Assembly: GCA_964016885.1 (NCBI GenBank)
Contig: OZ024743.1
Coordinates: 307,520,001-307,584,000 of the forward strand
DNA: 64,000 bases
Source of the DNA: Eledone cirrhosa
Taxonomy: Eukaryota
Reading direction: 5' to 3'
The notes under the pieces are model-generated. The model saw nothing but the letters and a program-made list of their open reading frames with translations. It had not been told where the DNA came from and searched no databases. Within the stretch, counting starts at the first letter, position 1; each line of letters opens with the position of its first letter. A program made the position numbers and the translations under genes. Shown here piece by piece: positions 50,884-64,000 of this stretch.

Positions 50884-52041
50884 GTAAGACTGGAAATATA
50901 TCTAAGGTGTTATTATTTTTGTTATAAGATAAAGAAAGTCAGTGAGGTTAGTGTTGTGATTGATTGGCATCCCACCTAGCAGGAGCCTTCAACTCAGAGC
51001 CGATTAACACCAATGAAATCAGAACAAGTTCCAAGCTCTATCTAACCCATGCAAGCATTGAAAAATGGACATCATCATCATCATCATTTAACGTCCATCT
51101 TCCATGCTAGCATGGGTATGACGGGCTGTTCCTTTGTGAGAGATCAGGTCGGGGTACCGTGATTCGCTCACAGGACAAAAAATAATTCCTAACTCCTAGG
51201 TCGGTTCTGATCAATCAGCCCAATAATCAAAGACATTCCAGTCATAATCACCTTATTTTATTTTCATACTTAATATATCTTGTTCTTCATCAGAAGGAAT
51301 TTGCAGGAGTTTTTGTTGCTTTTTCTAGCACATCATGCAACCACTTAGGGGCCACCCTTGTTATCAGAAATGATAGGATATCACAATAAATGCTTTAGAA
51401 TATATGAACAGGAAAACTTTATATATTCTGAGTTGAAATCCTTCCAAGGTACAAGGGAGATTTTAACTTCCATCTCTCTTAGGTTTGTAAAATCAGTACT
51501 TGTAATGTACTCAGGGTCATTATACCAACCTACCCGAAACCACTTCAGGTTTTAAGAAACAAAACCACCCATTTTAAATAGTTCTTATGTAAGTTTGAAT
51601 CTTCCAACATAATTAAGAGAGCTCTATGGTAAATTAGTAAGTAATTAAATAATAATTTTAGTAAATTCTTCAAAATTTTTAATGAATTAATTGAAAAAGA
51701 ATCTTTATCAATAGAAATATTGTCATGAGAAAGTTAATTATTTTACTAAATTCCTTGAAATTCTTGATTATTTTCAAAATTATTTGAATTATTCATTAGA
51801 AATATGGGAATATTAGTAAATTCCTCAAAATTCTAAATTAAAAAAGAGTATTTTATTAGAAATATGGTCAAGAAAGGGTCAATGAGAAAGTTATTTTGTT
51901 AAATTCTTTCAAATTCCTGATTATTTTCAAAATTATTTGAGTCAGAGGCAGTGTCTTTCATTAGAAATGTGGGAATGAAATGGTTTAATGAAAATAAGTC
52001 TATATCTAATTAATCTTTTCTCTTGTTTTCTTTCTTACTAG

Positions 52042-52240
52042 AATGGACTTTTTTGATGACATGGCAGTAAATGAGAGTGTTGCAACTGATTCCTCTGGCA
52101 GGAAAAAATGGGAACCATCAGCCATTGCTTGCAAAAATTTCAAGTTGTCTGGAGTGACATTTCACATTGAAGAATGTGTAGTTCATCCTGATGATTTATA
52201 CAACACATCACACAGCAGTTCTAGTGACTCATCAACTCAA
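52042..52240 (+). CDS. ATG2: ATG2 coding exon 5
   Basis: ttactag|A ATG GAC...CAA|gttggt. MDFFDD...EPSAIACKNFKLSGVTFHIEE...STQ. Phase 2 to 0. Confidence 0.85.
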
Positions 52241-52269
52241 GTTGGTTTTTTTTCTCTTCATATTCTATA

Positions 52270-52442
52270 TTCATCATCACCATTGTCATCATCATCAATA
52301 TCACCACCATGGTCATCATAGTCATCTTCATCACCACCACCACATCATCATGGTCATCATTATCATCATCCTCATCACCACCACATCATCATGGTCATCA
52401 TAATCATCCTCACTATCATCACCACCACCACCATCATCATGG
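52270..52442. repeat. (CAT/CAC)n degenerate microsatellite
   Basis: Direct inspection. It produces a spurious His-rich ORF. Confidence 0.85.
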
Positions 52443-53804
52443 CATGGATTGAAGAGACTAAATACGTTGGTGAATCACCTCATGCTCATATGTTCCAATT
52501 TTGGCATCACTTCAACAGCTGGATTCCTAATTCCAACCACTTTACAGAGTGTACAGGGTGCAATATTGGTGCACCAGCACTATCACTTTACAGAGTGTAT
52601 TGTGTGCAATTTTAAGAGGAACCAGCACTATGGCATTACAGAGTGTACTGGGTGTATTTTATTGGGGTACAAGCACAAACACTTTATAAAGTAGGCTTGG
52701 AGCATTTTATTGTGACACCAGTGCTACCACTTTACAGAGTGTACTGGGTGCAGTTTATTGGGACACCAACACTACCACTTTACAGAGTGTACTGGGTGCA
52801 TTTTATTGTGGTATCATCATTGGAGGATTTGCCTTGAATCTTGTGAGATTGAGGAAGTCCTCACTACCTGATATTGTCTCTGCTAATTCACAATACAGGA
52901 CCAGAGAGGTGAGAAGGTTAACAGATGTGAGAATATGGGTGGGAGGTAGAATGAATTGAGTAAGGGAGTGGCAAAAGAGCTGTAATGGGGGAGAGATTGC
53001 ATTGAAGTGAGTCATAGAAAAATAACGGTAATAAGAGAAGGGTGTAAGAGTGTAATAGAAGAGGTTGTATTGGAGGGAGTAATGGTAGTTACATGTTTTC
53101 TGGCAAATGAATGAATGTATGGTGGGTGGTAGGAGAGTGTGTTGAGTTTCATTGAGAAGTAGTTATGGAGTGAGGGAGTGATGGCTAGCAACATTAAGAG
53201 GGTGATGGTAGGATGTATGGGGTATAAATAGATGTGATGCATCTCTCATGTAATCACTGTAATAATGAAGAGAAATAGACTGTTAAGGTTAATGGCAAGG
53301 AGTAGATTGAATACAGACAGCATGATTAAAAATAGCTCTTTTTATGAGTTGCATGGTGGAAACGTCAGAGAAGAGAGGGGTTGAAACAGATCCGATGCCA
53401 TCCCTAGTTACATGGGCAGTATTGAGGATGGTGAGGGGGATGGGAAGACGGAGGGGAGTGTTAGGAGGGAGATATTGAGTGGAAGATTTTGATGTACCTC
53501 CCAAATTTCATTATTACCACCAATTTGTTTCTTTTGCCATGCTTGCATATTCTCAATACTTAACTTTTTTTATGTAAAACCTCCTAAAAACACCCCTAGT
53601 TCTATAGTGCCAAGCTGTTTATGTTTATCAAAAATCTTCCATCATAATTTTATGGAAGAACACTTAAGTTACACTTCAAACAGCTTAACTTTTAGTATCT
53701 TGTAATGATTTCACAGTAAATATTTAAAAATGGGTTTGTTAATTCAAATATTTATAGTATCTTTACTAGTGGAGAGGTTATAGCAAAACTTTTTAAATAT
53801 TTAA

Positions 53805-54001
53805 AGGATGGGGACGTTGTGTGTGACTGCAGCATCGAACCACAGACTATGCAGCACCTCCTGATATGCCCCTTGCTGGAACACCCCTGCACAGCATTGA
53901 ACTTGGCATAGTTTAATGAGAAAGGGCAGCAATGTGTTGAGACGGAATCACATCTAGCCAAGCTCTGTAACTGACACTTGTGTGCACACGATAAGAAGAA
54001 G
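53805..54001 (+). mobile_element. 3' end of an Ingi/Vingi-like LINE
   Basis: VCDCSIEPQTMQHLLICPLLEHPCT..NL CCHC motif, a short UTR and a cacgat(aag)n tail. Confidence 0.6.
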
Positions 54002-54261
54002 CAAAAATTTACAGTAAACTAAAGTAAAGTCTAGTTAAAATTTTAATTTGATGAAGTTATAGCACTTTTTGTATTTTCCATGAATGTGTTGCTAATGCTT
54101 TTCCATGCAGAAGAAAGGATTAAGAGTTAATAATGATGAAGTTTGTTATATCACTAAATCCCATCCAAATTCTTGGTTATTATTTTTAATTATTTGAAAA
54201 TTATAGGCAGTGTCTTTCAGTAGAAACATGGTAACAAAGGAGTTAAAATTTTATATTTCAG

Positions 54262-54459
54262 TTGTTTGAATCTGCTCACAATTCTCCTCCCCTATGCAAA
54301 TCTAGTACATTGAATAGTCCAGATGTACTGACACAACAACCACTCTCCTTGAATACAATCACATCCAGCGGTATACCTTCTGTCCATGTTGCTGCTATTT
54401 CTGGAACTACCGAGGTTAAAATGAAAATGAAACAAAATGAAGCTGTTGCCGGACCAAAG
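54262..54459 (+). CDS. ATG2: ATG2 coding exon 6
   Basis: tttcag|TTG...AAG|gtaaac. ...VHVAAISGTTEVKMKMKQNEAVAGPK matches the ATG2 KQNE..PG.K motif. Phase 0 to 0. Confidence 0.88.
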
Positions 54460-55089
54460 GTAAACAAAACCCACATCGTGTAACTCTAATATCATCATCA
54501 TCACTGTTTAACGTCCATTTTTCCATGCTAGCATGGGTTAGATGAGTTGTTCCGTTTTCAAACAAGTTCACTCAAGTGGCTGTGTCTTACTCATAAAGAA
54601 CTGTTTCTGACTTGGTTTCTATGGCTGGATACCCTTCATAATACCAACAACATTTAAAGCATGGACTGGGTGCTTTTTATCATGGCACCAAAATGACCAA
54701 CTGACAGGTTCAACTGGGTGTTTTTTGTTGTCTCACCAACACAACCTTTATACAGGGTGGACTGGGTGCTTTTGTAACTCTAATATAAATTCTGATTATT
54801 TACTTATTATTTTATTGGTTTCAGTTATTAGACAGTGACCATACTGGAGCGTCACCTTAAAGTGATTTACTAGATCATATCAATCACAGCACTTGTCAAG
54901 TCTGTCACTTATTTTATCAATCTCTTGTTGCCAAACTGCTATGTTATCAGAGCTAAAGATTCAAACACACACACTTATGTGACAGCCTTGTTAGAAGAGA
55001 AAGCAGATGTTAAACAATGCTGCTGATGATGATCTGATAAACACAGTTTTTCTCTATGAATGGCTATAAAATGTTTAAAATTAACCTGA

Positions 55090-58000
55090 AAAAGTTTGAA
55101 AGATAGGAGGTGAGCATGCCTTGCTGGATGTGTAGTTTGTGTCTGTAAAGGTTTGAAAGATAGGAGGTGAGCATGCCTTGCTGGATGTGTAAAGTTTGTG
55201 TCTGTAAAGGTTTGAAAGATAGGAGGTGAGCATGCCTTGCTGGATGTGTAAAGTTTGTGTCTGTAAAGGTTTGAAAGATAGGAGGTGAGCATGCCCTGCT
55301 GGATGTGTAAAGTTTGTGTCTGTAAAGGTTTGAAAGATAGGTGAGAATTGCCCTGCTGGATGTGTAAAGTTTGTGTCTGTAAAGGTTTGAAAGATAGGTG
55401 AGCATGCCTTGCTGGATGTGTAAAGTTTGTGTCTGTAAAGGTTTGAAAGATAGGTGAGCATGCCTTGCTGGATGTGTAAAGTTTGTGTCTGTAAAGGTTT
55501 GAAAGATAGGTGAGCATGCCTTGCTGGATGTGTAAAGTTTGTGTCTGTAAAGGTTTGAAAGATAGGAGGTGAGCATGCCTTGCTGGATGTGTAAAGTTTG
55601 TGTCTGTAAAGGTTTGAAAGATAGGAGGTGAGCTTGCGTTGCTGGATGTGTAAAGTTTGTGTCTGTAAAGGTTTGAAAGATAGGAGATGAGCATGCCCGG
55701 CTGGATGTGTAAAGTTTGTGTCTGTAAAGGTTTGAAAGATAGGAGGTGAGCATGCCTTGCTGGATGTGTAAAGTTTGTGTCTGTAAAGGTTTGAAAGATA
55801 GGTGAGCATGGCCTGCTGGATGTGTAAAGTTTGTGTCTGTAAAGGTTTGAAAGATAGGTGAGCATGCCCTGCTGGATGTGTAAAGTTTGTGTCTGTAAAG
55901 GTTTGAAAGATAGGTGAGCATGCCCTGCTGGATGTGTAAAGTTTGTGTCTGTAAAGGTTTGAAAGATAGGAGGTGAGCATGCCTTGCTGGATGTGTAAAG
56001 TTTGTGTCTGTAAAGGTTTGAAAGATAGGTGAGCATGCCCTGCTGGATGTGTAAAGTTTGTGTCTGTAAAGGTTTGAAAGATAGGTGAGCATGCCTTGCT
56101 GGATGTGTAAAGTTTGTGTCTGTAAAGGTTTGAAAGATAGGAGGTGAGCATGACTTGTTGGATGTGTAAAGTTTGTGTCTGTAAAGGTTTGAAAGATAGG
56201 AGGTGAGCATGCCTTGCTGGATGTGTAAAGTTTGTGTCTGTAAAGGTTTGAAAGATAGGAGGTGAGCATGCCCTGCTGGATGTGTAAAGTTTGTGTCTGT
56301 AAAGGTTTGAAAGATAGGAGGTGAGCATGCCTTGCTGGATGTGTAAAGTTTGTGTCTGTAAAGGTTTGAAAGATAGGTGAGCATGCCTTGCTGGATGTGT
56401 AAAGTTTGTGTCTGTAAAGGTTTGAAAGATAGGAGGTGAGCATGCCCTGCTGGATGTGTAAAGTTTGTGTCTGTAAAGGTTTGAAAGATAGGTGAGCATG
56501 CCTTGCTGGATGTGTAAAGTTTGTGTCTGTAAAGGTTTGAAAGATAGGAGGTGAGCATGCCCTGCTGGATGTGTAAAGTTTGTGTCTGTAAAGGTTTGAA
56601 AGATAGGTGAGCATGCCTTGCTGGATGTGTAAAGTTTGTGTCTGTAAAGGTTTGAATGATAGGTGAGCATGCCTTGATTCATGTGTAAAGTTTGTGTCTG
56701 TAAAGATTTGAAAGATAGGTGAGCATGCCTTGATGGATGTGTAAAGTTTGTGTCTGTAAAGGTTTGAAAGATAGGAGGTGAGCATGCCTTGCTGGATGGG
56801 TAACGTTTGTGTCTGTAAAGGTTTGAAAGATAGGTGAGCATGCCCTGCTGGATGTGTAAAGTTTGTATCTGTAAAGGTTTGAAAGATAGGAGGTGAGCAT
56901 GCCCTGCTGGATGTGTAAAGTTTGTGTCTGTAAAGGTTTGAAAGATAGGAGGTGAGCATGCCTTGCTGGATGTGTAAAGTTTGTGTCTGTAAAGGTTTGA
57001 AAGATAGGAGGTGAGCATGCCTTGCTGGATGTGTAAAGTTTGTGTCTGTAAATGTTTGAAAGATAGGTGAGCATGCCTTGCTGGATGTGTAAAGTTTGTG
57101 TCTGTAAAGGTTTGAAAGATAGGAGGTGAGCATGCCTTGCTGGATGTGTAAAGTTTGTGTCTGTAAAGGTTTGAAAGATATGAGGTGAGCATGCCTTGCT
57201 GGATGTGTAAAGTTTGTGTCTGTAAAGGTTTGAAAGATAGGTGAGCATGCCTTTCTTCATGTGTAAAGTTTGTGTCTGTAAAGGTTTGAAAGATAGGTGA
57301 GCATGCCTTGATGGATGTGTAAAGTTTGTGTCTGTAAAGGTTTGAAAGATAGGAGGTGAGCATGCCCTGCTGGATGTGTAAAGCTTGTGTCTGTAAAGGT
57401 TTGAAAGATAGGTGAGCATGCCTTGCTTCATGTGTAAAGTTTGTGTCTGTAAAGGTTTGAAAGCTAGGTGAGCATGCCTTGATGGATGTGTAAAGTTTGT
57501 GTCTGTAAAGGTTTGAAAGATAGGAGGTGAGCATGCCCTGCTTGATGTGTAAAGTTTGTGTCTGGAAAGGTTTGAAAGATAGGAGGTGAGCATGCCTTGC
57601 TGGATGTGTAAAGTTTGTGTCTGTAAAGGTTTGAAAGATAGGAGGTGAGCATGCCTTGCTGGATGTGTAAAGTTTATGTCTGTAAAGGTTTGAAAGATAG
57701 GAGGTGAGCATGCCCTGCTGGATGTGTAAAGTTTGTGTCTGTAAAGGTTTGAAAGATAGGAGGTGAGCATGCCTTGCTGGACGTGTAAAGTTTGTGTCTG
57801 TAAAGGTTTGAAAGATAGGAGGTGAGCATGCCTTGCTGGATGTGTAAAGTTTGTGTCTGTAAAGGTTTGAAAGATAGGAGGTGAGCATGCCTTGCTGGAT
57901 GTGTAAAGTTTGTGTCTGTAAAGGTTTGAAAGATAGGAGGTGAGCATGCCCTGCTGGATGTGTAAAGTTTGTGTCTGTAAAGGTTTGAAAGATAGGAGGT

Positions 58001-61000
58001 GAGCATGCCCTGCTGGATGTGTAAAGTGTGTGTCTGTAAAGGTTTGAAAGATAGGAGGTGAGCATGCCTTGCTGGATGTGTAAAGTTTGTGTCTGTAAAG
58101 GTTTGAAAGATAGGTGAGCATGCCTTGCTTCATGTGTAAAGTTTGTCTGTAAAGGTTTGAAAGATAGGTGAGCATGCCTTGATGGATGTGTAAAGTTTGT
58201 GTCTGTAAAGGTTTGAAAGATAGGAGGTGAGTATGCCCTGCTGGATGTGTAAAGTTTGTGTCTGTAAAGGTTTGAAAGATAGGTGAGCATGCCTTGATGG
58301 ATGTGTAAAGTTTGTGTCTGTAAAGGTTTGAAAGATAGGAGGTGAGCATGCCTTGATGGATGTGTAAAGTTTGTGTCTGTAAAGGTTTGAAAGATAGGAG
58401 GTGAGCATGCCTTGCTGGATGTGTAAAGTTTGTGTCTGTAAAGGTTTGAAAGATAGGTGAGCAAGCCTTGATGGATGTGTAAAGTTTGAGTCTGTAAAGG
58501 TTTGAAAGATAGGTGAGCATGCCTTGATGGATGTGTAAAGTTTGTGTCTGTAAAGGTTTGAAAGATAGGAGGTGAGCATGCCCTGCTGGATGTGTAAAGT
58601 TTGTGTCTGTAAAGGTTTGAAAGATAGGAGGTGAGCATGCCTTGCTGGATGTGTAAAGTTTGTGTCTGTAAAGGTTTGAAAGATAGGTGAGCAAGCCTTG
58701 ATGGATGTGTAAAGTTTGTGTCTGTAAAGGTATGAAAGATAGGAGGTGAGCATGCCCTGCTGGATGTGTAAAGTTTGTGTCTGTAAAGGTTTGAAAGATA
58801 GGTGAGCATGCCTTGCTGGATGTGTAAAGTTTGTGTCTGTAAAGGTTTGAAAGATAGGAGGTGAGCATGCCCTGCCGGATGTGTAAAGTTTGTGTCTGTA
58901 AAGGTTTGAAAGATAGGAGGTGAGCATGCCTTGCTGGATGTGTAAAGTTTGTGTCTGTAAAGGTTTGAAAGATAGGTGAGCATGCCTTGCTGGATGTGTA
59001 AAGTTTGTGTCTGTAAAGGTTTGAAAGATAGGAGGTGAGCATGCCTTGATGGATGTGTAAAGTTTGTGTCTGTAAAGGTTTGAAAGATAGGAGGTGAGCA
59101 TGCCTTGCTGGATGTGTAAAGTTTGTGTCTGTAAAGGTTTGAAAGATAGGAGGTGAGCATGCCTTGATGGATGTGTAAAGTTTGTGTCTGTAAAGGTTTG
59201 AAAGATAGGAGGTGAGCATGCCTTGCTGGATGTGTAAAGTTTGTGTCTGTAAAGGTTTGAAAGATAGGAGGTGAGCATGCCTTGATGGATGTGTAAAGTT
59301 TGTGTCTGTAAAGGTTTGAAAGATAGGAGGTGAGCATGCCTTGCTGGATGTGTAAAGTTTGTGTCTGTAAAGGTTTGAAAGATAGGAGGTGAGCATGCCT
59401 TGCTGGATGTGTAAAGTTTGCGTCTGTAAAGATTTGAAAGATAGGAGGTGAGCATGCCTTGCTGGATGTGTAAAGTTTGTGTCTGTAAAGGTTTGAAAGA
59501 TATGAGGTGAGCATGCCCTGCTGGATGTGTAAAATTTGTGTCTGTAAAGGTTTGAAAGATAGGTGAGCATGCCTTGCTGGATGTGTAAAGTTTGTGTCTG
59601 TAAAGGTTTGAAAGATAGGAGGTGAGCATGCCCTGCTGGATGTGTAAAGTTTGTGTCTGTAAAGGTTTGAAAGATAGGAGGTGAGCATGCCTTGCTGGAT
59701 GTGTAAAGTTTGTGTCTGTAACGGTTTGAAAGATAGGTGAGCATGCCCTGCTGGATGTGTAAAGTTTGTGTCTGTAAAGGTTTGAAAGATAGGTGAGCAT
59801 GCTCTGCTGGATGTGTAAAGTTTGTGTCTGTGAAGGTTTGAAAGATAGGTGAGCATATCTTGCTGGATGTGTAAAGTTTGTGTCTGTAAAGGTTTGAAAG
59901 ATAGGAGGTGAGCATGCCCTGCTGGATGTGTAAAGTTTGTGTCTGTAAAGGTTTGAAAGATAGGTGAGCATGCCTTGCTGGATGTGTAAAGTTTGTGTCT
60001 GTAAAGGTTTGAAAGATAGGAGGTGAGCATACCCTGCTGGATGTGTAAAGTTTGTGTCTGTAAAGGTTTGAAAGATAGGAGGTGAGCATGCCCTGCTGGA
60101 TGTGTAAAGTTTGTGTCTGTACAGGTTTGAAAGATAGGAGGTGAGCATGTCCTGCTGGATGTGTAAAGTTTGTGTCTGTAAAGGTTTGAAAGATAGGAGG
60201 TGAGCATGTCCTGCTGGATGTGTAAAGTTTGTGTCGGTAAAGGTTTGAAAGATAGGAGGTGGGCATGCCTTGCTGGATGTGTAAAGTTTGTGTCTGTCAA
60301 GGTTTGAAAGATAGGAGGTGAGCATGCCTTGATGGATGTGTAATGTTTGTGTCTGTAAAGGTTTGAAAGATAGGAGGTGAGCATGCCTTGCTGGATGTAT
60401 AAAGTTTGTGTCTGTAAAGGTTTGAAAGATAGGAGGTGAGCATGCCTTGCTGGATGTGTAAAGTTTGTGTCTGTAAAGGTTTGAAAGATAGGATGTGAGC
60501 ATGCCTTGCTGGATGTGTAAAGTTTGTGTCTGTAAAGGTTTGAAAGATAGGTGGTGAGCATGCCTTGCTGGATGTGTAAAGTTTGTGTCTGTAAATGTTT
60601 GAAAGGTAGGAGGTGAGCATGCCTTGCTGGATGTGTAAAGTTTGTGTCTGTAAAGGTTTGAAAGATATGAGGTGAGCATGCCCTGCTGGATGTGTAAAGT
60701 TTGTGTCTGTAAAGGTTTGAAAGATATGAGGTGAGCATGCCCTGCTGGATGTGTAAAGTTTGTGTCTGTAAAGGTTTGAAAGATAGGTGAGCATGCCTTG
60801 CTTCATGTGTAAAGTTTGTGTCTGTAAAGGTTTGAAAGATAGGAGGTGAGCATGCCCTGCTGGATGTGTAAAGTTTGTGTCTGTAAAGGTTTGAAAGATA
60901 GGAGGTGAGCATGCCTTGCTAGATGTGTAAAGTTTGTGTCTGTAAAGGTTTGAAAGATAGGAGGTGAACATGCCTTGCTGGATGTGTAAACTTTGTGTCT

Positions 61001-64000
61001 GTAAAGGTTTGAAAGATAGGAGGTGAGCATGCCCTGCTGGATGTGTAAAGTTTGTGTCTGTAAAGGTTTGAAAGATAGGAGGTGAGCATGCCCTGCTGGA
61101 TGTGTAAAGTGTGTGTCTGTAAAGGTTTGAAAGATAGGAGGTGAGCATGCCTTGCTGGATGTGTAAAGTTTGTGTCTGTAAAGGTTTGAAAGATAGGTGA
61201 GCATGCCTTGCTTCATGTGTAAAGTTTGTCTGTAAAGGTTTGAAAGATAGGTGAGCATGCCTTGATGGATGTGTAAAGTTTGTGTCTGTAAAGGTTTGAA
61301 AGATAGGTGAGCATGCCTTGATGGATGTGTAAAGTTTGTGTCTGTAAAGGTTTGAAAGATAGGTGAGCATGCCTTGATGGATGTGTAAAGTTTGTGTCTG
61401 TAAAGGTTTGAAAGATAGGAGGTGAGCATGCCTTGCTGGATGTGTAAAGTTTGTGTCTGTAAAGGTTTGAAAGATAGGTGAGCAAGCCTTGATGGATGTG
61501 TAAAGTTTGAGTCTGTAAAGGTTTGAAAGATAGGTGAGCATGCCTTGATGGATGTGTAAAGTTTGTGTCTGTAAAGGTTTGAAAGATAGGAGGTGAGCAT
61601 GCCCTGCTGGATGTGTAAAGTTTGTGTCTGTAAAGGTTTGAAAGATAGGAGGTGAGCATGCCTTGCTGGATGTGTAAAGTTTGTGTCTGTAAAGGTTTGA
61701 AAGATAGGTGAGCAAGCCTTGATGGATGTGTAAAGTTTGTGTCTGTAAAGGTATGAAAGATAGGAGGTGAGCATGCCCTGCTGGATGTGTAAAGTTTGTG
61801 TCTGTAAAGGTTTGAAAGATAGGTGAGCATGCCTTGCTGGATGTGTAAAGTTTGTGTCTGTAAAGGTTTGAAAGATAGGAGGTGAGCATGCCCTGCTGGA
61901 TGTGTAAAGTTTGTGTCTGTAAAGGTTTGAAAGATAGGAGGTGAGCATGCCTTGCTGGATGTGTAAAGTTTGTGTCTGTAAAGGTTTGAAAGATAGGTGA
62001 GCATGCCTTGCTGGATGTGTAAAGTTTGTGTCTGTAAAGGTTTGAAAGATAGGAGGTGAGCATGCCTTGATGGATGTGTAAAGTTTGTGTCTGTAAAGGT
62101 TTGAAAGATAGGAGGTGAGCATGCCTTGCTGGATGTGTAAAGTTTGTGTCTGTAAAGGTTTGAAAGATAGGAGGTGAGCATGCCTTGATGGATGTGTAAA
62201 GTTTGTGTCTGTAAAGGTTTGAAAGATAGGAGGTGAGCATGCCTTGCTGGATGTGTAAAGTTTGTGTCTGTAAAGGTTTGAAAGATATGAGGTGAGCATG
62301 CCCTGCTGGATGTGTAAAATTTGTGTCTGTAAAGGTTTGAAAGATAGGTGAGCATGCCTTGCTGGATGTGTAAAGTTTGTGTCTGTAAAGGTTTGAAAGA
62401 TAGGAGGTGAGCATGCCCTGCTGGATGTGTAAAGTTTGTGTCTGTAAAGGTTTGAAAGATAGGAGGTGAGCATGCCTTGCTGGATGTGTAAAGTTTGTGT
62501 CTGTAAAGGTTTGAAAGATAGGTGAGCATGCCCTGCTGGATGTGTAAAGTTTGTGTCTGTAAAGGTTTGAAAGATAGGTGAGCATGCTCTGCTGGATGTG
62601 TAAAGTTTGTGTCTGTGAAGGTTTGAAAGATAGGTGAGCATACCTTGCTGGATGTGTAAAGTTTGTGTCTGTAAAGGTTTGAAAGATATGAGGTGAGCAT
62701 GCCCTGCTGGATGTGTAAAGTTTGTGTCTGTAAAGGTTTGAAAGATAGGTGAGCATGCCTTGCTGGATGTGTAAAGTTTGTGTCTGTAAAGGTTTGAAAG
62801 ATAGGAGGTGAGCATACCCTGCTGGATGTGTAAAGTTTGTGTCTGTAAAGGTTTGAAAGATAGGAGGTGAGCATGCCATGCTGGATGTGTAAAGTTTGTG
62901 TCTGTACAGGTTTGAAAGATAGGAGGTGAGCATGTCCTGCTGGATGTGTAAAGTTTGTGTCTGTAAAGGTTTGAAAGATAGGAGGTGAGCATGTCCTGCT
63001 GGATGTGTAAAGTTTGTGTCGGTAAAGGTTTGAAAGATAGGAGGTGAGCATGCCTTGCTGGATGTGTAAAGTTTGTGTCTGTCAAGGTTTGAAAGATAGG
63101 AGGTGAGCATGCCTTGATGGATGTGTAATGTTTGTGTCTGTAAAGGTTTGAAAGATAGGAGGTGAGCATGCCTTGCTGGATGTATAAAGTTTGTGTCTGT
63201 AAAGGTTTGAAAGATAGGAGGTGAGCATGCCTTGCTGGATGTGTAAAGTTTGTGTCTGTAAAGGTTTGAAAGATAGGATGTGAGCATGCCTTGCTGGATG
63301 TGTAAAGTTTGTGTCTGTAAAGGTTTGAAAGATAGGTGGTGAGCATGCCTTGCTGGATGTGTAAAGTTTGTGTCTGTAAAGATTTGAAAGGTAGGAGGTG
63401 AGCATGCCTTGCTGGATGTGTAAAGTTTGTGTCTGTAAAGGTTTGAAAGATATGAGGTGAGCATGCCCTGCTGGATGTGTAAAGTTTGTGTCTGTAAAGG
63501 TTTGAAAGATATGAGGTGAGCATGCCCTGCTGGATGTGTAAAGTTTGTGTCTGTAAAGGTTTGAAAGATAGGTGAGCATGCCTTGCTTCATGTGTAAAGT
63601 TTGTGTCTGTAAAGGTTTGAAAGATAGGAGGTGAGCATGCCCTGCTGGATGTGTAAAGTTTGTGTCTGTAAAGGTTTGAAAGATAGGAGGTGAGCATGCC
63701 TTGCTAGATGTGTAAAGTTTGTGTCTGTAAAGGTTTGAAAGATAGGAGGTGAACATGCCTTGCTGGATGTGTAAACTTTGTGTCTGTAAAGGTTTGAAAG
63801 ATAGGAGGTGAGCATGCCCTGCTGGATGTGTAAAGTTTGTGTCTGTAAAGGTTTGAAAGATAGGAGGTGAGCATGCCCTGCTGGATGTGTAAAGTTTGTG
63901 TCTGTAAATGTTTGAAAGATAGGTGAGCATGCCTTGCTTCATGTGTAAAGTTTGTGTCTGTAAAGGTTTGAAAGGTAGGAGGTGAGCATGCCCTGCTGGA
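55090..64000. repeat. Intronic satellite, 56/59-bp monomer, ~150 copies, running off the window
   Basis: aaagtttgtgtctgtaaaggtttgaaagatagg(agg)tgagcatgcc(t/c)tgctggatgtgt. Diagnostic variants recur at ~2.8-3.1-kb spacing. Confidence 0.98.

Noticed and set aside
52191-52403. His-rich 70-aa ORF
   Set aside because: A (CAT/CAC)n microsatellite just downstream of the exon 5 donor.
54975-63942. Very long minus-strand ORFs (up to 1943 aa) in all three frames
   Set aside because: The satellite monomer lacks stops on that strand. The same three peptides cycle through all frames, so there is no evidence of coding selection.
55090-64000. CRISPR-like appearance of the regular repeats
   Set aside because: There are no unique spacers and no cas genes. 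This is a head-to-tail eukaryotic satellite.

Overview
AT-rich, repeat-dense animal genomic DNA. The mix of tRNA-derived SINEs, RTE/CR1/Penelope retroelements, (TA)n tracts and an HTGEKPY zinc-finger array suggests a coleoid cephalopod such as Octopus (inference). The only clear host gene is the 5' part of ATG2 on the + strand: six phase-consistent GT-AG coding exons from 24642 to 54459, a 22.5-kb first intron, and the gene continuing past the window. The left end holds a homogenised array of 11 C2H2 fingers (- strand) truncated by an R4/Dong-type endonuclease fragment. The rest is mostly transposon debris: Tx1/L1, CR1, RTE with an internal PHD-like finger, CRE- and Vingi-like fragments, two C-terminal-EN Penelope-like elements, a Helitron end, a Merlin element, a mariner and SINEs. 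A >8.9-kb 56/59-bp intronic satellite with higher-order structure fills the right end. The most notable unexplained structures are (i) about ten hammerhead-ribozyme motifs of several architectures, including minimal forms with palindromic stem III and a recurring CCGAUGA core variant, and (ii) an intronic minisatellite made of about 18 tandem copies of ATG2's own exon-3 end and splice donor. The long ORFs in the track over 34-35.6 kb and 55-64 kb are repeat artefacts.
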